From assembly GCA_964449245.1 (NCBI GenBank), contig CAYUXY010000001.1, positions 66,838 through 130,837 on the forward strand: DNA of 64,000 nt, read 5' to 3'. The notes below the pieces were generated by a model that was given only the letters and a program-made list of their open reading frames with translations, was not told the origin of the DNA and did not search any database. Below are positions 1-10,398 of this stretch, piece by piece. Source of the stretch: an uncultured Candidatus Saccharibacteria bacterium (GTDB taxonomy: Bacteria; Patescibacteriota; Minisyncoccia; UBA6257; GWB1-50-10). Position 1 is the first letter of the stretch. Each line of letters starts with the position of its first letter. The position numbers and the translations under genes are program-made.

Positions 1-613
1 TTAACCAAGATTTTGTTTTTGCAAATTCCATAGGGTTGTTATTTTTTTGAGCAGAAGCCGTAACCTCGATTATTTTTTGATTCGAAATGTTTGAGGCGGA
101 CGAATTTAATGAAATTGTATTACTACCGCTTTTTTTGTCGTTATTGATTTGCCAAAAAAAAGATATATCTTTTAACGATGAAATATTAAAAAAGTAAGGT
201 ATTGCCGTGATTGTACTTTCATTTCCGGATGGTATGGTGTTCCCCGGAAACGGTAATTCTATTATTATTGTCTGTTGGCCAACAGGGATGATAATACTTT
301 CTTTTAATTCAGATGAATTTTGAGATATTGAGACCGACAATATATGGAAATCGCCCTTGCTTTTTTGAACATTAAACGTGGCATTTTGCATTCCCGTGCC
401 ACTCGCTAAATATTTATTATCAAGTTTCCATGATATAAGCGATTTTGATATATCTTGTATTTTGCCGTTTTCTACAAAGGATACGCTTGCCTCTACTGGA
501 CTAAACGGTGAAGCGGCGGCCTTACCCGTAAAATCAGCCGGGAAAAAATTAATAGCTCTCCACGAGAGAATAATATCGCCTTGTTTAGTTGATTGTGCAT
601 ATGACGTAGACAT
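1..613 (-). CDS. hypothetical secreted/surface protein; 5'-partial at window edge, N/S/T-rich
   Basis: Minus-strand reading frame runs from ATG (complement of 611-613) to the window edge without a stop, as I translated it. Its composition resembles the other secreted hypotheticals here. The plus-strand ORF 378-674 looks like antisense junk. Confidence 0.35.
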   Translation of the reverse strand, partial: MSTSYAQSTKQGDIILSWRAINFFPADFTGKAAASPFSPVEASVSFVENGKIQDISKSLISWKLDNKYLASGTGMQNATFNVQKSKGDFHILSVSISQNSSELKESIIIPVGQQTIIIELPFPGNTIPSGNESTITAIPYFFNISSLKDISFFWQINNDKKSGSNTISLNSSASNISNQKIIEVTASAQKNNNPMEFAKTKSWL

Positions 614-676
614 TGCCGTCAAACACAAAACTACAGAAAATATAAATAATATTCGAAAATACTTCATTAAATAAAA

Positions 677-1138
677 TTATACACCTTTTCTCGCAACTTT
701 TTTTGCCATTGATACAACTTTTTTACTGATCTTTTGGGCCGAGTCGGAATCATTTTGGGAATCAGACGCTAACTGCGCTATTTTAGGATGATTGTGTATG
801 TAGGCGTCTATCCAAAAATTTATCAATAATGTCGGGAAAAAAGGAACCGTATTCATTAAGAGCTTCTGCAATATTTTTTTTGTTTGCATAGCGTTTTTGC
901 TTTCCTTACTACTTTCCATCCATTTTTCCATTGCTATTGTCGCGAAACCTTGAAAAATAGGCGTGATTGCAACGCCAACTCCCGTAAGATCAAGAACCGC
1001 GCATGTTGTATCGGCACCTAAGAGTAGAAAACTAAAAACGATAATTTCAGACTCTGTAACTTTATTAATATTTTCATCCCCATCAACCTTCCCCGTATTA
1101 TCTTCCGTTATTTCGTCGGTGCCTATATTTGCATCCAT
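677..1138 (-). CDS. hypothetical protein (T4SS-like cluster member)
   Basis: ORF of 153 aa lying 8 nt upstream of the VirB4-like gene on the same strand. No motif recognised. Confidence 0.45.
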   Translation of the reverse strand: MDANIGTDEITEDNTGKVDGDENINKVTESEIIVFSFLLLGADTTCAVLDLTGVGVAITPIFQGFATIAMEKWMESSKESKNAMQTKKILQKLLMNTVPFFPTLLINFWIDAYIHNHPKIAQLASDSQNDSDSAQKISKKVVSMAKKVARKGV

Positions 1139-1146
1139 GATATTTA

Positions 1147-2898
1147 TTAACGATTACGCAATCCTTTAATTGCAAGCATCTGTTCCGGATCGGTCGTGAT
1201 AATTTGATCCTCCGTATAAGATGGGATTATCTTAATTGCAATATGTTTTAAACCGGCAAAAAAGAGGCCCTCCCCTACGCCACACTCAACCAAAAACGCT
1301 TTCTCGCCCTCCGTGAGATTAAATGTCGCGCCGACCGACTCTATACTTGTCGTGGACTGCTTTAAAAGAATTTGCATAGAAGAATTGGATATTATTGGTT
1401 TCCCATAATTGGATTTTAAAAAGTCATCTATATCTTGCGTGATGCAAATAACGCCAAGATAATATTTGCGAGCTCGCTTTACGAGTCCAAAAAGGAAAGA
1501 CGCGCTATCTTCGTTTTTCATCATAAGCCACGCCTCGTCTACTACGAGAACACGTTGCCTTAATTCAGAACGAATGAGATTCCAAACAAAGTTCAGAATA
1601 ATATACATTGCTATAGGTCGAAGCTCTTCTTCGAGGTCTCTTATTGAAAAAACAATAAGTCTGTTTTTTATATCTACATTAGTCGGGACATTCGTAAATC
1701 CGGCGTAAGATCCACGAGTGAATTTTTCGAGTCTTTTCGCCATCATTTCACCTCCATTTGTATTTTCAAGAACGACCTGCAAATCTTCCAAGAGCGGAGG
1801 ATTTAGATTTTCCATAGTTCCAAAATTCTCGGCGGTTATGTCTCTCGATGCATATGTTTCAATTATTACTCTATCTAATATTGCGTCTTCTTCCGGCGTA
1901 ATACCCTTTAACATTATTTTTAATAATCCCGTGAGATTCAAAACGTGGGACTTAAAGACGTCTGCCGGATCGTCGCCTTCCGGAATAATTGGAATATCAA
2001 ACGGATTAATATGATTTTCTGATGTGAGGGATATTTTAAAGTAGCTTCCTCCTATAGCATCCGCTAAATTTTTATATTCATTTTCGGGGTCTATAACTAT
2101 GATATTTGTCCCGATCATAAGAGAGCGTAGTATTTGCAGTTTTGTGGAGTATGATTTTCCGGATCCTGATTTTGCGAAAATGACGGAGTTCGCATTTTCG
2201 AGTGAAAACCTGTCGAAAATAATCAGGCTGTTATTATGCATATTAATGCCGTACAAAATACCTTTCTCCGATGTTAAATCGGGAGAAACAAACGGGAAAA
2301 ACGATGACGCTGGACCGGAGTTTAACTGATTTAAAACCATAAGCTCGTCTCTCGCAATAGGTAGCACGGAATTTAATCCCTCCATTTGTCGGAATAATGC
2401 AGGCTTGATGTAAATTAATTTACTCTCAAGCAAGGACTCAATTTTATTTTTAAGTTTTTCTAGATTAACTAAATCAGTGCTGTATATTGTGATATAAGCT
2501 CCCACCTGAAAAAGCTTTTCTCTTGATTGTTGCAAGGCGTCGCGCAAAGATTCGACATCCTCGTGGGCTGTTTCAAGTATAGGGTCTCTAACTATCCCCT
2601 TTTCTTCTTTCTCGGACATCTCAGCTTCAATTTGCGCAACCTTTTTAGTGAGTTTTCTTAAGGTTGATCCCGTATCCATCGGGTGCATAAAAATGGAAAT
2701 ATCCATCATTTCCGCGAGATTTATAATAGGAGAAAACCATCCACTTGAAACAAAGCGCGGATATGCGGATATGAAAAAAGTTTTTGCATAATAATCCCCA
2801 ATCTTCAAATGATTTGAATCTATGGAGACGCCGGCCGGAGCAAGTATGCTGGGCATATCATTTTCCGGCGGAACCGCGCTGTTTAATGGTTGTTCCAT
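1147..2898 (-). CDS. virB4: VirB4/TrbE/CagE-family type IV secretion ATPase (PrgJ/TraE-like)
   Basis: Walker A FAKSGSGKSYSTK. Downstream motifs RLIVFSIRDLEE, VLVVDEAW and GVICITQDIDDF are typical of VirB4/TraC conjugative ATPases. 583 aa. Confidence 0.8.
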   Translation of the reverse strand: MEQPLNSAVPPENDMPSILAPAGVSIDSNHLKIGDYYAKTFFISAYPRFVSSGWFSPIINLAEMMDISIFMHPMDTGSTLRKLTKKVAQIEAEMSEKEEKGIVRDPILETAHEDVESLRDALQQSREKLFQVGAYITIYSTDLVNLEKLKNKIESLLESKLIYIKPALFRQMEGLNSVLPIARDELMVLNQLNSGPASSFFPFVSPDLTSEKGILYGINMHNNSLIIFDRFSLENANSVIFAKSGSGKSYSTKLQILRSLMIGTNIIVIDPENEYKNLADAIGGSYFKISLTSENHINPFDIPIIPEGDDPADVFKSHVLNLTGLLKIMLKGITPEEDAILDRVIIETYASRDITAENFGTMENLNPPLLEDLQVVLENTNGGEMMAKRLEKFTRGSYAGFTNVPTNVDIKNRLIVFSIRDLEEELRPIAMYIILNFVWNLIRSELRQRVLVVDEAWLMMKNEDSASFLFGLVKRARKYYLGVICITQDIDDFLKSNYGKPIISNSSMQILLKQSTTSIESVGATFNLTEGEKAFLVECGVGEGLFFAGLKHIAIKIIPSYTEDQIITTDPEQMLAIKGLRNR

Positions 2899-2903
2899 AA
2901 AAA

Positions 2904-3551
2904 TTAAAATTTTTGCGTAGGAGAAACACCTTTTTTCTCTATTAATTGCGGATTATACATATTATAAAATAATTCGATAAGTTCCTCGTCTTCTAATGGA
3001 ATTGCGCGCAGGCCCATTTGACCTAAGCCGGACGTAACTTGGTCAACACGATGGCCGAGTTGTTCAATGTTGTCCTGCATTGGTGTTGTTGTAGAGTCGG
3101 ATGTTTTTTTCTGCAAGAAAGAAAAGACATTATTTTTCCCAGATAAGAAAATAGGCTCATATGGCACGACCGTGAAAAATGATTTGGTAACTATATCGTT
3201 TTGTTCGACAAACGAACGTATGAAATTGATGTATTCATCAATTTGTATTTTTAACAACTCATTCGGCTCTTTTTCATATAGGTCAGACATTTGTTTTAAA
3301 TAGGCGTCAATATTCACTTTTCTTGAGTGTATGAAAAATTGGACTGAAAAATCGAGTGTGTTTATAAAATCCTGAAAACCGGAAAGAATTAAATTTTGTT
3401 CGGCGTCCGATTTCAGGTCAAAATTTAACCCCCCGACTATAAGTATTCGGCACATTCCGCCATTTTTTAGAAAAACTACGCCGTCTTTTATTGATTTTAC
3501 GGCTACAAAATCCTGAGATGGTTTAGAAGGCGATTTTGCTGTTTGTTGCAT
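2904..3551 (-). CDS. hypothetical protein, possibly a detached VirB4 N-terminal domain
   Basis: 215-aa ORF overlaps the VirB4-like start by 7 nt. Its size plus the 583 aa of VirB4 roughly matches a full-length VirB4. Confidence 0.5.
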   Translation of the reverse strand: MQQTAKSPSKPSQDFVAVKSIKDGVVFLKNGGMCRILIVGGLNFDLKSDAEQNLILSGFQDFINTLDFSVQFFIHSRKVNIDAYLKQMSDLYEKEPNELLKIQIDEYINFIRSFVEQNDIVTKSFFTVVPYEPIFLSGKNNVFSFLQKKTSDSTTTPMQDNIEQLGHRVDQVTSGLGQMGLRAIPLEDEELIELFYNMYNPQLIEKKGVSPTQKF

Positions 3552-3592
3552 AACAATATTATTGTAGATGATTGCGCTCTGTCTTACTAATA

Positions 3593-4114
3593 CTAACTAT
3601 AATCAACACGTTTCACATCTCTGCTTTCTCCGGTTGAAAATACTGCTTTTTGATAATTTTTGCCTTTAGTGTCGCTATTTACAGTGGTGGAAGATGTTTT
3701 CTTGCCGGTAGACGCGCTAAGCATAATAGATTGTAATTTTTTTTGTATACTCAAAAGACCACGAGATTCTTCTATGGATTTTTCTGCGTCTTCTACTTGG
3801 ACTTTTTGCCATATAAAAAGACGCGGTTTCATTAAGAAAGAAAAAAGGGATTTAATAACCGCAGGCGCATCCTGCCCGTTTATTTTGCCGAAGGCAAAGA
3901 GGACGCCAATAGCTTCAATAAAAAGAGAAAAAATAATCCAAAGGAAAAATTCGAATGTATAGTATGTCAGAAAACACAAAAACGAAGCTCCGGCTATGAA
4001 GAGAAATTGCTGCAACGTTAACGGCCCGACTATCTTGGGCTTTTTTTCTATAAATTGTGGAATTTGAAATGTTGCCACGTTATAACTATAGCTTATTAGA
4101 GAGTATTCTATCAA
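3593..4114 (-). CDS. PrgI-family (VirB3-like) small membrane protein
   Basis: The N-terminal motif KPKIVGPLTLQQFLFIAGASFLCFLTYY is followed by two TM helices. This matches the PrgI/TcpE family pattern (P..I.G.FT.RQ). Confidence 0.55.
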   Translation of the reverse strand: MIEYSLISYSYNVATFQIPQFIEKKPKIVGPLTLQQFLFIAGASFLCFLTYYTFEFFLWIIFSLFIEAIGVLFAFGKINGQDAPAVIKSLFSFLMKPRLFIWQKVQVEDAEKSIEESRGLLSIQKKLQSIMLSASTGKKTSSTTVNSDTKGKNYQKAVFSTGESRDVKRVDYS

Positions 4115-4145
4115 TAAAAAACAATAAACCCGAAAAGTAATAAGC

Positions 4146-5663
4146 TTAATTTCGCAGATTTATTGTGTTTCCGTCAGTTTCCGGTCCGAGAGGCGCGCTT
4201 TTTTCTTCGGTAATTTTATTTTTTTCAACCCCCTTTTTGAAAGGAAAGAAAAATCCGGTGCCGGCGAGGTTGGGATCATTTTTCTGTTCGGTGGTTTTTT
4301 TAAGAGGTTGGTTTCCTTTTTTAACTTCCGTAGGTTGTTGTCTTTCCGCAATAAATTGGGAAATAGACGCCATAGCATTATTTATTTTTTCCCTGTCTTT
4401 GTTTTTATTTGTGATAATCTCGTGATTAATATTTATTTCTCTGGCATCTTTTTTATCTGTCGCAACGTCTTTAATTGGAGCGTTCGGGCGTGCTTGATTA
4501 TCGACAAATAACACATCTTTTTGAAACGGCGCAATGGGAGTTCTGAGTTCGCTATAGTGCACCGCCTTATCTTTTTTCTGTACTGTAGGAAATTCAATTG
4601 TCGCTTTCGTGGGATTTATAGTTTGTTTTTTACTCGCTTTTTTTGAAAACCAGAAGGATTGAGGAAATCCTTTTGATGGAGTTTGCTTGTCTCTGATATT
4701 TGGAGCAGTTTGCTTTTCTGTATGTAAAATAAGCGGCGCAGAATCGGCGCTAATATTTCCTGCATCTTGTTTAATTGAAACTCTTGATGGTGAAGTTGGG
4801 GCTGGTTGACCGAATATCTCGAGCGATATTCCTTCGTTTGGAGTGGTAACTGGCTTTTTTGTGCCCTCGAATATTTCTTTAATTTCCTGCAGGTGTTTCG
4901 AAAGGATTGAATCTTTTATTGATTTGGCAAAAAACTCCGCATCGTTGGAATCAAGCTTTGAAACAGTTTGTATTGTTTCAGGTAGATTATCGATAGAAAT
5001 TATCCCAAGTATTACGGCGCCAACGGTATGCCCTATTCCGCTTACTACATCATCCCCGAACTTTTTACCAGAGCATAAATTATATATTATATTTGCGGTG
5101 TCAAAAGAAAAAAATATTTTTTTAAGGTCTGCAGATAAAAATCCAAGCTGATAAAAAGGGTCTTTATCTTTTTTCTCCGATATTACGCTTGGGGATTCAA
5201 GCAGGTCGTTATTTATAATCTGTGAAGGACTGCTTAGAAAATATATATAAAGAGATGACGCAAATGTTTTAAGTTTAGATATTTTTTCAATCCCAGATTC
5301 TCCCGGTATAGAGTCGCTTATAAGTCCGAAGAAATATTTTGAAATAGATTTTTCGGTTCTTTCAAACACCCTTCCTGCCGACTCTCCGTCGGCGAAGTTT
5401 ACGAAAACTGCGGCAACGAGCGGTAAGAAAGAATCGCGCCACTCGTCTTCTGAAACGACTCCCCTTATAGCCGGCGCGCCTTCTATAATGCCTTTCCAGA
5501 ATATCAAACGAAGGCCGTCATTTGTGAAATATTCAAGTGTGTCTTGTAGGTTGAGCGCCGCGTCCAAAAATTTTTTATTCTGTAATGCCGTCCAAACACT
5601 TTCCTCCCAAATGGGAATCTGGATAATCATCTCTTCTAACGCTGTATTATTTTCTATATCCAT
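4146..5663 (-). CDS. hypothetical protein (505 aa, Lys/Pro/Thr-rich C-terminal half)
   Basis: Long ORF inside the T4SS-like operon. No recognisable catalytic motif and no TM. Confidence 0.5.
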   Translation of the reverse strand: MDIENNTALEEMIIQIPIWEESVWTALQNKKFLDAALNLQDTLEYFTNDGLRLIFWKGIIEGAPAIRGVVSEDEWRDSFLPLVAAVFVNFADGESAGRVFERTEKSISKYFFGLISDSIPGESGIEKISKLKTFASSLYIYFLSSPSQIINNDLLESPSVISEKKDKDPFYQLGFLSADLKKIFFSFDTANIIYNLCSGKKFGDDVVSGIGHTVGAVILGIISIDNLPETIQTVSKLDSNDAEFFAKSIKDSILSKHLQEIKEIFEGTKKPVTTPNEGISLEIFGQPAPTSPSRVSIKQDAGNISADSAPLILHTEKQTAPNIRDKQTPSKGFPQSFWFSKKASKKQTINPTKATIEFPTVQKKDKAVHYSELRTPIAPFQKDVLFVDNQARPNAPIKDVATDKKDAREININHEIITNKNKDREKINNAMASISQFIAERQQPTEVKKGNQPLKKTTEQKNDPNLAGTGFFFPFKKGVEKNKITEEKSAPLGPETDGNTINLRN

Positions 5664-5668
5664 ATTTT

Positions 5669-7714
5669 TTATTTTCCTGCCCTATGTTCAAATTTTCTGC
5701 GGCCTGTCTTTTTATCCTCGATAGTTGCAATATATCTGCGGGCTTTTTTATTTCTGTATGTCGCAATTCCATTTTCTCTTGTCACGATGTTTGCTATATC
5801 AAACGCGGATACCGGTGTAGCTAATAATTGAGCTCTCGCTTGGTCAAGCTGGTTGGTTAATCCATCTATCGTTGCTTGTGATGCATTTCTACTTCTGGCG
5901 CCGTTTAGGTGGCGCTCTATTCTTCCTACTCTTCTGCGCGCGACATCTCTATCTGTTGATTGTTGTAGAAATTCATTAATTGTTCCACCGGCAGCGGCAT
6001 TACCTCCAGCTAATCCGCTACGTACACCCGGTGGAAGATTTGCTACAGCATCCTCAAACATACTTTGTTTATCTTGAACTACAGCCTTACTTTCTATAGC
6101 TCTGTTTTTCCTTTCTTCGGCGGCATTTATAGCAACCTGATCGCCATTGGTTCTAGCGGCCAGAAGAGCTTTATTGGCTCTTGCAATTTCAACATCGGCC
6201 GAGACAAGCTCTTTTGCTATATTTTTTCCTTCTTCTGCGATGTTAGAAACTACAGCAGCTTTGCCTGCGTCGTCTAAATCGCGGTATCGCCCGGCCTGCT
6301 CGTCAATAGATTGTTTACCTAACTCATCTTTTTTCTTTTGAAAATCCGCCTTTGATTTTCCGGAGAATTTTGAAAGTATATTGCCAAGAGCATTGACTCC
6401 GGCGCCTCTCGCAATAGACTGGGACGCTCCGGGACTCAATTCATTTAGCCTATTTGCAAGCCCGGTGCCCCTAAGCCCCGGAATATTATTGAAATTAAAT
6501 CCCTTGTTGCCGGCATTTTGGAGCGCTCGTATCGCTTTTTGACCAGTGTCACTTCTAAGCGGTGCTGTTGCAGCGCGAGTCGCGGCCTCTTTCGATCGTT
6601 GTTGCATCCATTGCTTCCCCTTTCTGACATTGTCAGAGAGCATTTTATGCGCGCCGGCAGCGCCCGTGATAGACATCTGTTGGGCTACAATAAGGCCTCC
6701 AACAAGCAAACCGACTAATATAATCATTCGCACGCCCTGTTGCATAAGTGCCGCGACCATTCCGTTTTTAAAGAATGTGGTCGAGGAAACCGCCGCTGTA
6801 CCGGAGCTGACCTGTCTTATACTTACGAGCGCGAGATAGAAAAAGAAAGAAACGGCTGGAGCGAAAAATACCCACTGCATAAAGGTTTTCCACCATTTAG
6901 TAAACATTCCTTGCGCTGAAGGAATGACCCAGAAAAGCCACGATAGAGGTGCGAGAACGAGTAAAATAGAAAGATATATATATCGGATGAGCATCATAAA
7001 CGCGAATGCGAAGAGTACGAATGTCGCTATAAATATAAATATCACGACAAAAAACAAACTTGTTACTCCTAAAATCGCACTCGTCCCGAATTTTGTTAAT
7101 CCGCCGACCTCTTCTTCTGGGTCAACCGGTTCTGGTTCGGTGGGTTCCGTAAAGAGTGCTTGCGGATCGAAAGCTCCAGAGAGAGTTTGAGTAAATTCCG
7201 TAGACAAAAATCCAGCTCCGGAACTCGAACCGCTTTCTGTAACAGCTTTGAAAAAATATCGCGTGATAATATGAGAAAATCCTATAAGCGTGCCGGCTAT
7301 TGTAAGGCTGAAGTTAACGAGTATCGCGGCCCCGATTAATTTCGGAAGTAATTTTTTCGCGCCATAGCTCTGATATCTGAAAATTGTTGCAAGCGCTATA
7401 ACGATAATGATAAGTACAAAGCCGAGATTGGCGACATCGCGCGTGATTTCCCATCCGATACCAACGATAGCATTTGTCGGGTCGAGTACTTGAAAATTAA
7501 AATTCAAGGCGATGCTCACGAGATATCCCGCGAGGCTGAAGAGCAGAGACCCGATAAATTGCAGAAGATAAAGCACAACATAAACAACTACAGTAACAAC
7601 CATCGGACCTATCAATGCTATTGCATGCGCAGGTTCAGGTATGAAAAAGAAAACTGCGGATACGAGTAACGCTGCTATTAATAGATTCTTCGATTTGAGT
7701 TTTTTATTTTCCAT
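5669..7714 (-). CDS. polytopic membrane protein, VirB6/TrbL-like
   Basis: At least 8 hydrophobic helices sit in the N-terminal 330 aa. A long hydrophilic coiled C-terminal tail follows. Position is next to VirB4/PrgI-like genes. Confidence 0.55.
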   Translation of the reverse strand: MENKKLKSKNLLIAALLVSAVFFFIPEPAHAIALIGPMVVTVVVYVVLYLLQFIGSLLFSLAGYLVSIALNFNFQVLDPTNAIVGIGWEITRDVANLGFVLIIIVIALATIFRYQSYGAKKLLPKLIGAAILVNFSLTIAGTLIGFSHIITRYFFKAVTESGSSSGAGFLSTEFTQTLSGAFDPQALFTEPTEPEPVDPEEEVGGLTKFGTSAILGVTSLFFVVIFIFIATFVLFAFAFMMLIRYIYLSILLVLAPLSWLFWVIPSAQGMFTKWWKTFMQWVFFAPAVSFFFYLALVSIRQVSSGTAAVSSTTFFKNGMVAALMQQGVRMIILVGLLVGGLIVAQQMSITGAAGAHKMLSDNVRKGKQWMQQRSKEAATRAATAPLRSDTGQKAIRALQNAGNKGFNFNNIPGLRGTGLANRLNELSPGASQSIARGAGVNALGNILSKFSGKSKADFQKKKDELGKQSIDEQAGRYRDLDDAGKAAVVSNIAEEGKNIAKELVSADVEIARANKALLAARTNGDQVAINAAEERKNRAIESKAVVQDKQSMFEDAVANLPPGVRSGLAGGNAAAGGTINEFLQQSTDRDVARRRVGRIERHLNGARSRNASQATIDGLTNQLDQARAQLLATPVSAFDIANIVTRENGIATYRNKKARRYIATIEDKKTGRRKFEHRAGK

Positions 7715-9424
7715 TTATTCTCCCATATTGCACCTGTCCCTGTTTTTTTCGGCTACGCTTACAAGCGCCGTCACGTCAGAAAGTGTGCCGTCGATTATGG
7801 CTGTTTCTGTGTTGATGTCGCTCTGTATTGTAAAAAGCATAGGGCTAAGAAGCGATATATCATAAGCTTCTCCCTGTAATTTTGTCACAAGAGTAGATGT
7901 ATCGTCTCTGAGTTTTTTAAGCACTTCTATTTGTTCTGGAATCCACACATCTCGTCTCGATTCAGATTGTATAAGCGTCTGTGTTGCCGAGAATGATTCC
8001 GGATCCATAACATATGAGCTGTAAGCGGAGAGACATTGTGTAAGTCCTCTTATCGCGCCATTTTGCAGGTTTGCATTATCGAGCGCAAGTATTAATTTTT
8101 TATTAGTTGTTATAACCGAATTAAGTGTAGTTGACGCTTGATTAATCAAATTCAAAAAACCACTTGCCTGTTGTCTCATTTGACCTCTTGCTCCAGTTTC
8201 CGCACCCTCTCTTATAGTTTCCCCCTTTACCGCACTGCTGTATGAACTCTTAACATTATTAATTGCAGTTATGCGATCTGTTTCGGATTTTGTTGTGAGT
8301 CCGATTAATCCACTTACCGCGTTTTTCGTCATTCTGTTTATCGCGGCATCTAAAATAGCGCTTGCGTATGCCTCAAGTTCGTCAGCGCTTAGAATATAAT
8401 CAATGTCAGCATTTATAGCTTTCGAAACAGTATCGCCGACCGTTTTGGATGGAGTAACAGCTTTCGATCCTAATGTCTTGTCGCATTCCCAATGCGCGGT
8501 TACGCCCTCGGGTATGTTCGCAGGAAGTGCCGGAGGATCCGTTGGTTTTCGCGCCGGATCAGAAAATTCGTAAATTCGTCCGCCATCGCTTCCCTGAACT
8601 GCCCGTCCAAGCTCATCAAGCAAAACCCATGCGGTACAGACTTCCTGCGGTAAATATCCTCCACCGCCTGCAATTTTAGCTTGGGCTATTTTATCCTGCC
8701 TCTCGGCCTCGTTTATAGTTTCTTCCATCGCAAGTAGATAAATGCCGTGTCGGTTGTTTTCTGGCGCGGCGGCAGATTGTATTCCGATCCACCCGCCATT
8801 TTTAAAGTTGTCTTTAAATGCGGCAATATTACCTACTACATCGTCAAGCGTACACGATGCGGCTTTGTGAAATTTGGGCGGAGCCTGAAGATTTATTTCT
8901 ATTCGGGCTTTTACCGGACTGTCGCAAAAATCACCGAGGCCTATTTCACGGATTGTTTCGCCGACTCCGGCGTTTACCGCGTCATCAAAGAATTCTCCAA
9001 AATTTTCAACGAATTTTGGTTGTGTCCCGTCCTGTATCCATGTGATAGTTTGATCTACGATTTGATCAAGTAATTGTTTTTTTAATACCTCCCGCGCCAT
9101 TCTTACGGCAATCTCTTTTACAGAAAGCAAACATCGTTCTATGGAAGATTTTTTAACCTCCTTCTGTGTCTCTGAATCGTCGACCGGAACCTTGCCCACC
9201 CCAAGTCCAACGGCGCTTTTAGCCGAATCAAGTGCGCCATCTATTACACCCATAATTTCATCTCCTGCAATCATTTTTATAAACCCACCTACGCAGGCGG
9301 ATGCAAGTTCAGTAACAATTTGAGCCTCCGCTTTTTTGGTATTTATAGGCAAAACAACTCCCATAGCAATCGTGGATAATATGAGAATGTAGGTCGTTAA
9401 TTTTTTTATATTTTTTTGATTCAT
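7715..9424 (-). CDS. secreted hypothetical protein (569 aa)
   Basis: N-terminal signal peptide (LILSTIAMGVVLPINTKKAEA). Stop abuts the VirB6-like start and the start overlaps the next ORF by 4 nt. Confidence 0.55.
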   Translation of the reverse strand: MNQKNIKKLTTYILILSTIAMGVVLPINTKKAEAQIVTELASACVGGFIKMIAGDEIMGVIDGALDSAKSAVGLGVGKVPVDDSETQKEVKKSSIERCLLSVKEIAVRMAREVLKKQLLDQIVDQTITWIQDGTQPKFVENFGEFFDDAVNAGVGETIREIGLGDFCDSPVKARIEINLQAPPKFHKAASCTLDDVVGNIAAFKDNFKNGGWIGIQSAAAPENNRHGIYLLAMEETINEAERQDKIAQAKIAGGGGYLPQEVCTAWVLLDELGRAVQGSDGGRIYEFSDPARKPTDPPALPANIPEGVTAHWECDKTLGSKAVTPSKTVGDTVSKAINADIDYILSADELEAYASAILDAAINRMTKNAVSGLIGLTTKSETDRITAINNVKSSYSSAVKGETIREGAETGARGQMRQQASGFLNLINQASTTLNSVITTNKKLILALDNANLQNGAIRGLTQCLSAYSSYVMDPESFSATQTLIQSESRRDVWIPEQIEVLKKLRDDTSTLVTKLQGEAYDISLLSPMLFTIQSDINTETAIIDGTLSDVTALVSVAEKNRDRCNMGE

Positions 9425-10251
9425 TTTATTGTTGAATCGAGTTTTTCTTTAAGAAGTCTCGCAATCGTTTCCTCGTCGTTATTTAATTCGTTCAAAGTAT
9501 CAATTGCGGCAAGCGCCATAATTGGATCTGTTCCGATATTTAAAACGGCTTTTGCTATGGCAAGTTTTTTCTGCTGATAATTCAGGAGCGATAAATGAAA
9601 ACTTTTCCATGAGGACGGCGTTGGTATTGCAAGAAGTGACGTAATAAGTGAATTGATGCCATCGGAATATTCCGTGAGAAATGAAGGATCGTTATTTTGT
9701 ACAAGTTGATAGACGGCTCGCGTAATGTCCGCGTCAGTTTCCGAAGAAATATTTGCATTTGCGGAACGTATGGCGGCAAGATATTCAATCACCGCTTTTT
9801 CTGACGAATCGTCAATCTGCCTTATGTCACTTTCTTTTGTAGCTTCTATTTGGATACCTTTTCCTATCGCCTCTTCGATGATTGTTTCGATTGTCGCGCC
9901 GGAAGGTATGGTAACCATTTTTTCTCCATTTACATTTAACGGCCCATCCGGATTTTTTTGTACAAGCGTCAATGCATATTGGTTAAGAAATGTCTGCGTG
10001 AGGTTAGTCTCGGGCTGACCGCTATTATTCGAAACTTCCTGAGCGTCTTTCTGATAATCTATAGATGATTTTACATTGTTTTCAAGCCCGACATTCAATG
10101 CAAATCCGCCATTTCCGTGTTTTGGAGCAATGATTAAATATGATGCAAATACGCCCACAATAATGATGGCAATTGCTATTTTTTTTCTTTTAAATAGGTG
10201 CATATTGTGATACGCGGAAAAAACACTTACTCGAATATTTGTGCGTCGCAA
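9421..10251 (-). CDS. bitopic membrane protein (VirB8-like topology, speculative)
   Basis: Single N-terminal TM (IAIAIIIVGVFASYLIIAP) followed by a ~240-aa extracytoplasmic domain. Overlaps the upstream gene by 4 nt. Confidence 0.45.
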   Translation of the reverse strand: MRRTNIRVSVFSAYHNMHLFKRKKIAIAIIIVGVFASYLIIAPKHGNGGFALNVGLENNVKSSIDYQKDAQEVSNNSGQPETNLTQTFLNQYALTLVQKNPDGPLNVNGEKMVTIPSGATIETIIEEAIGKGIQIEATKESDIRQIDDSSEKAVIEYLAAIRSANANISSETDADITRAVYQLVQNNDPSFLTEYSDGINSLITSLLAIPTPSSWKSFHLSLLNYQQKKLAIAKAVLNIGTDPIMALAAIDTLNELNNDEETIARLLKEKLDSTIK

Positions 10252-10398
10252 ACCGCGATTGATTTTGTTTTATTATACAACATTATTAACCTTTTTATAT
10301 AATCATCGCGCGCAATTATATTCGACAAATGTCTTTAGAAACAAAAATATATCACAGTTTTCATTTTGTGATTCAATAATCAACAATATGACAGGCAT

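Noticed and set aside
378-674. Plus-strand 98-aa ORF from the track
   Set aside because: Its composition and sequence look like antisense noise. The opposite strand carries a longer open frame running off the window edge with composition typical of the neighbouring secreted proteins.
10252-10398. atcacaG-N8-ttgtgat inverted repeat upstream of the 9421-10251 gene as an operator
   Set aside because: It is only a 6-7-bp imperfect arm in an AT-rich region. Chance occurrence is likely.
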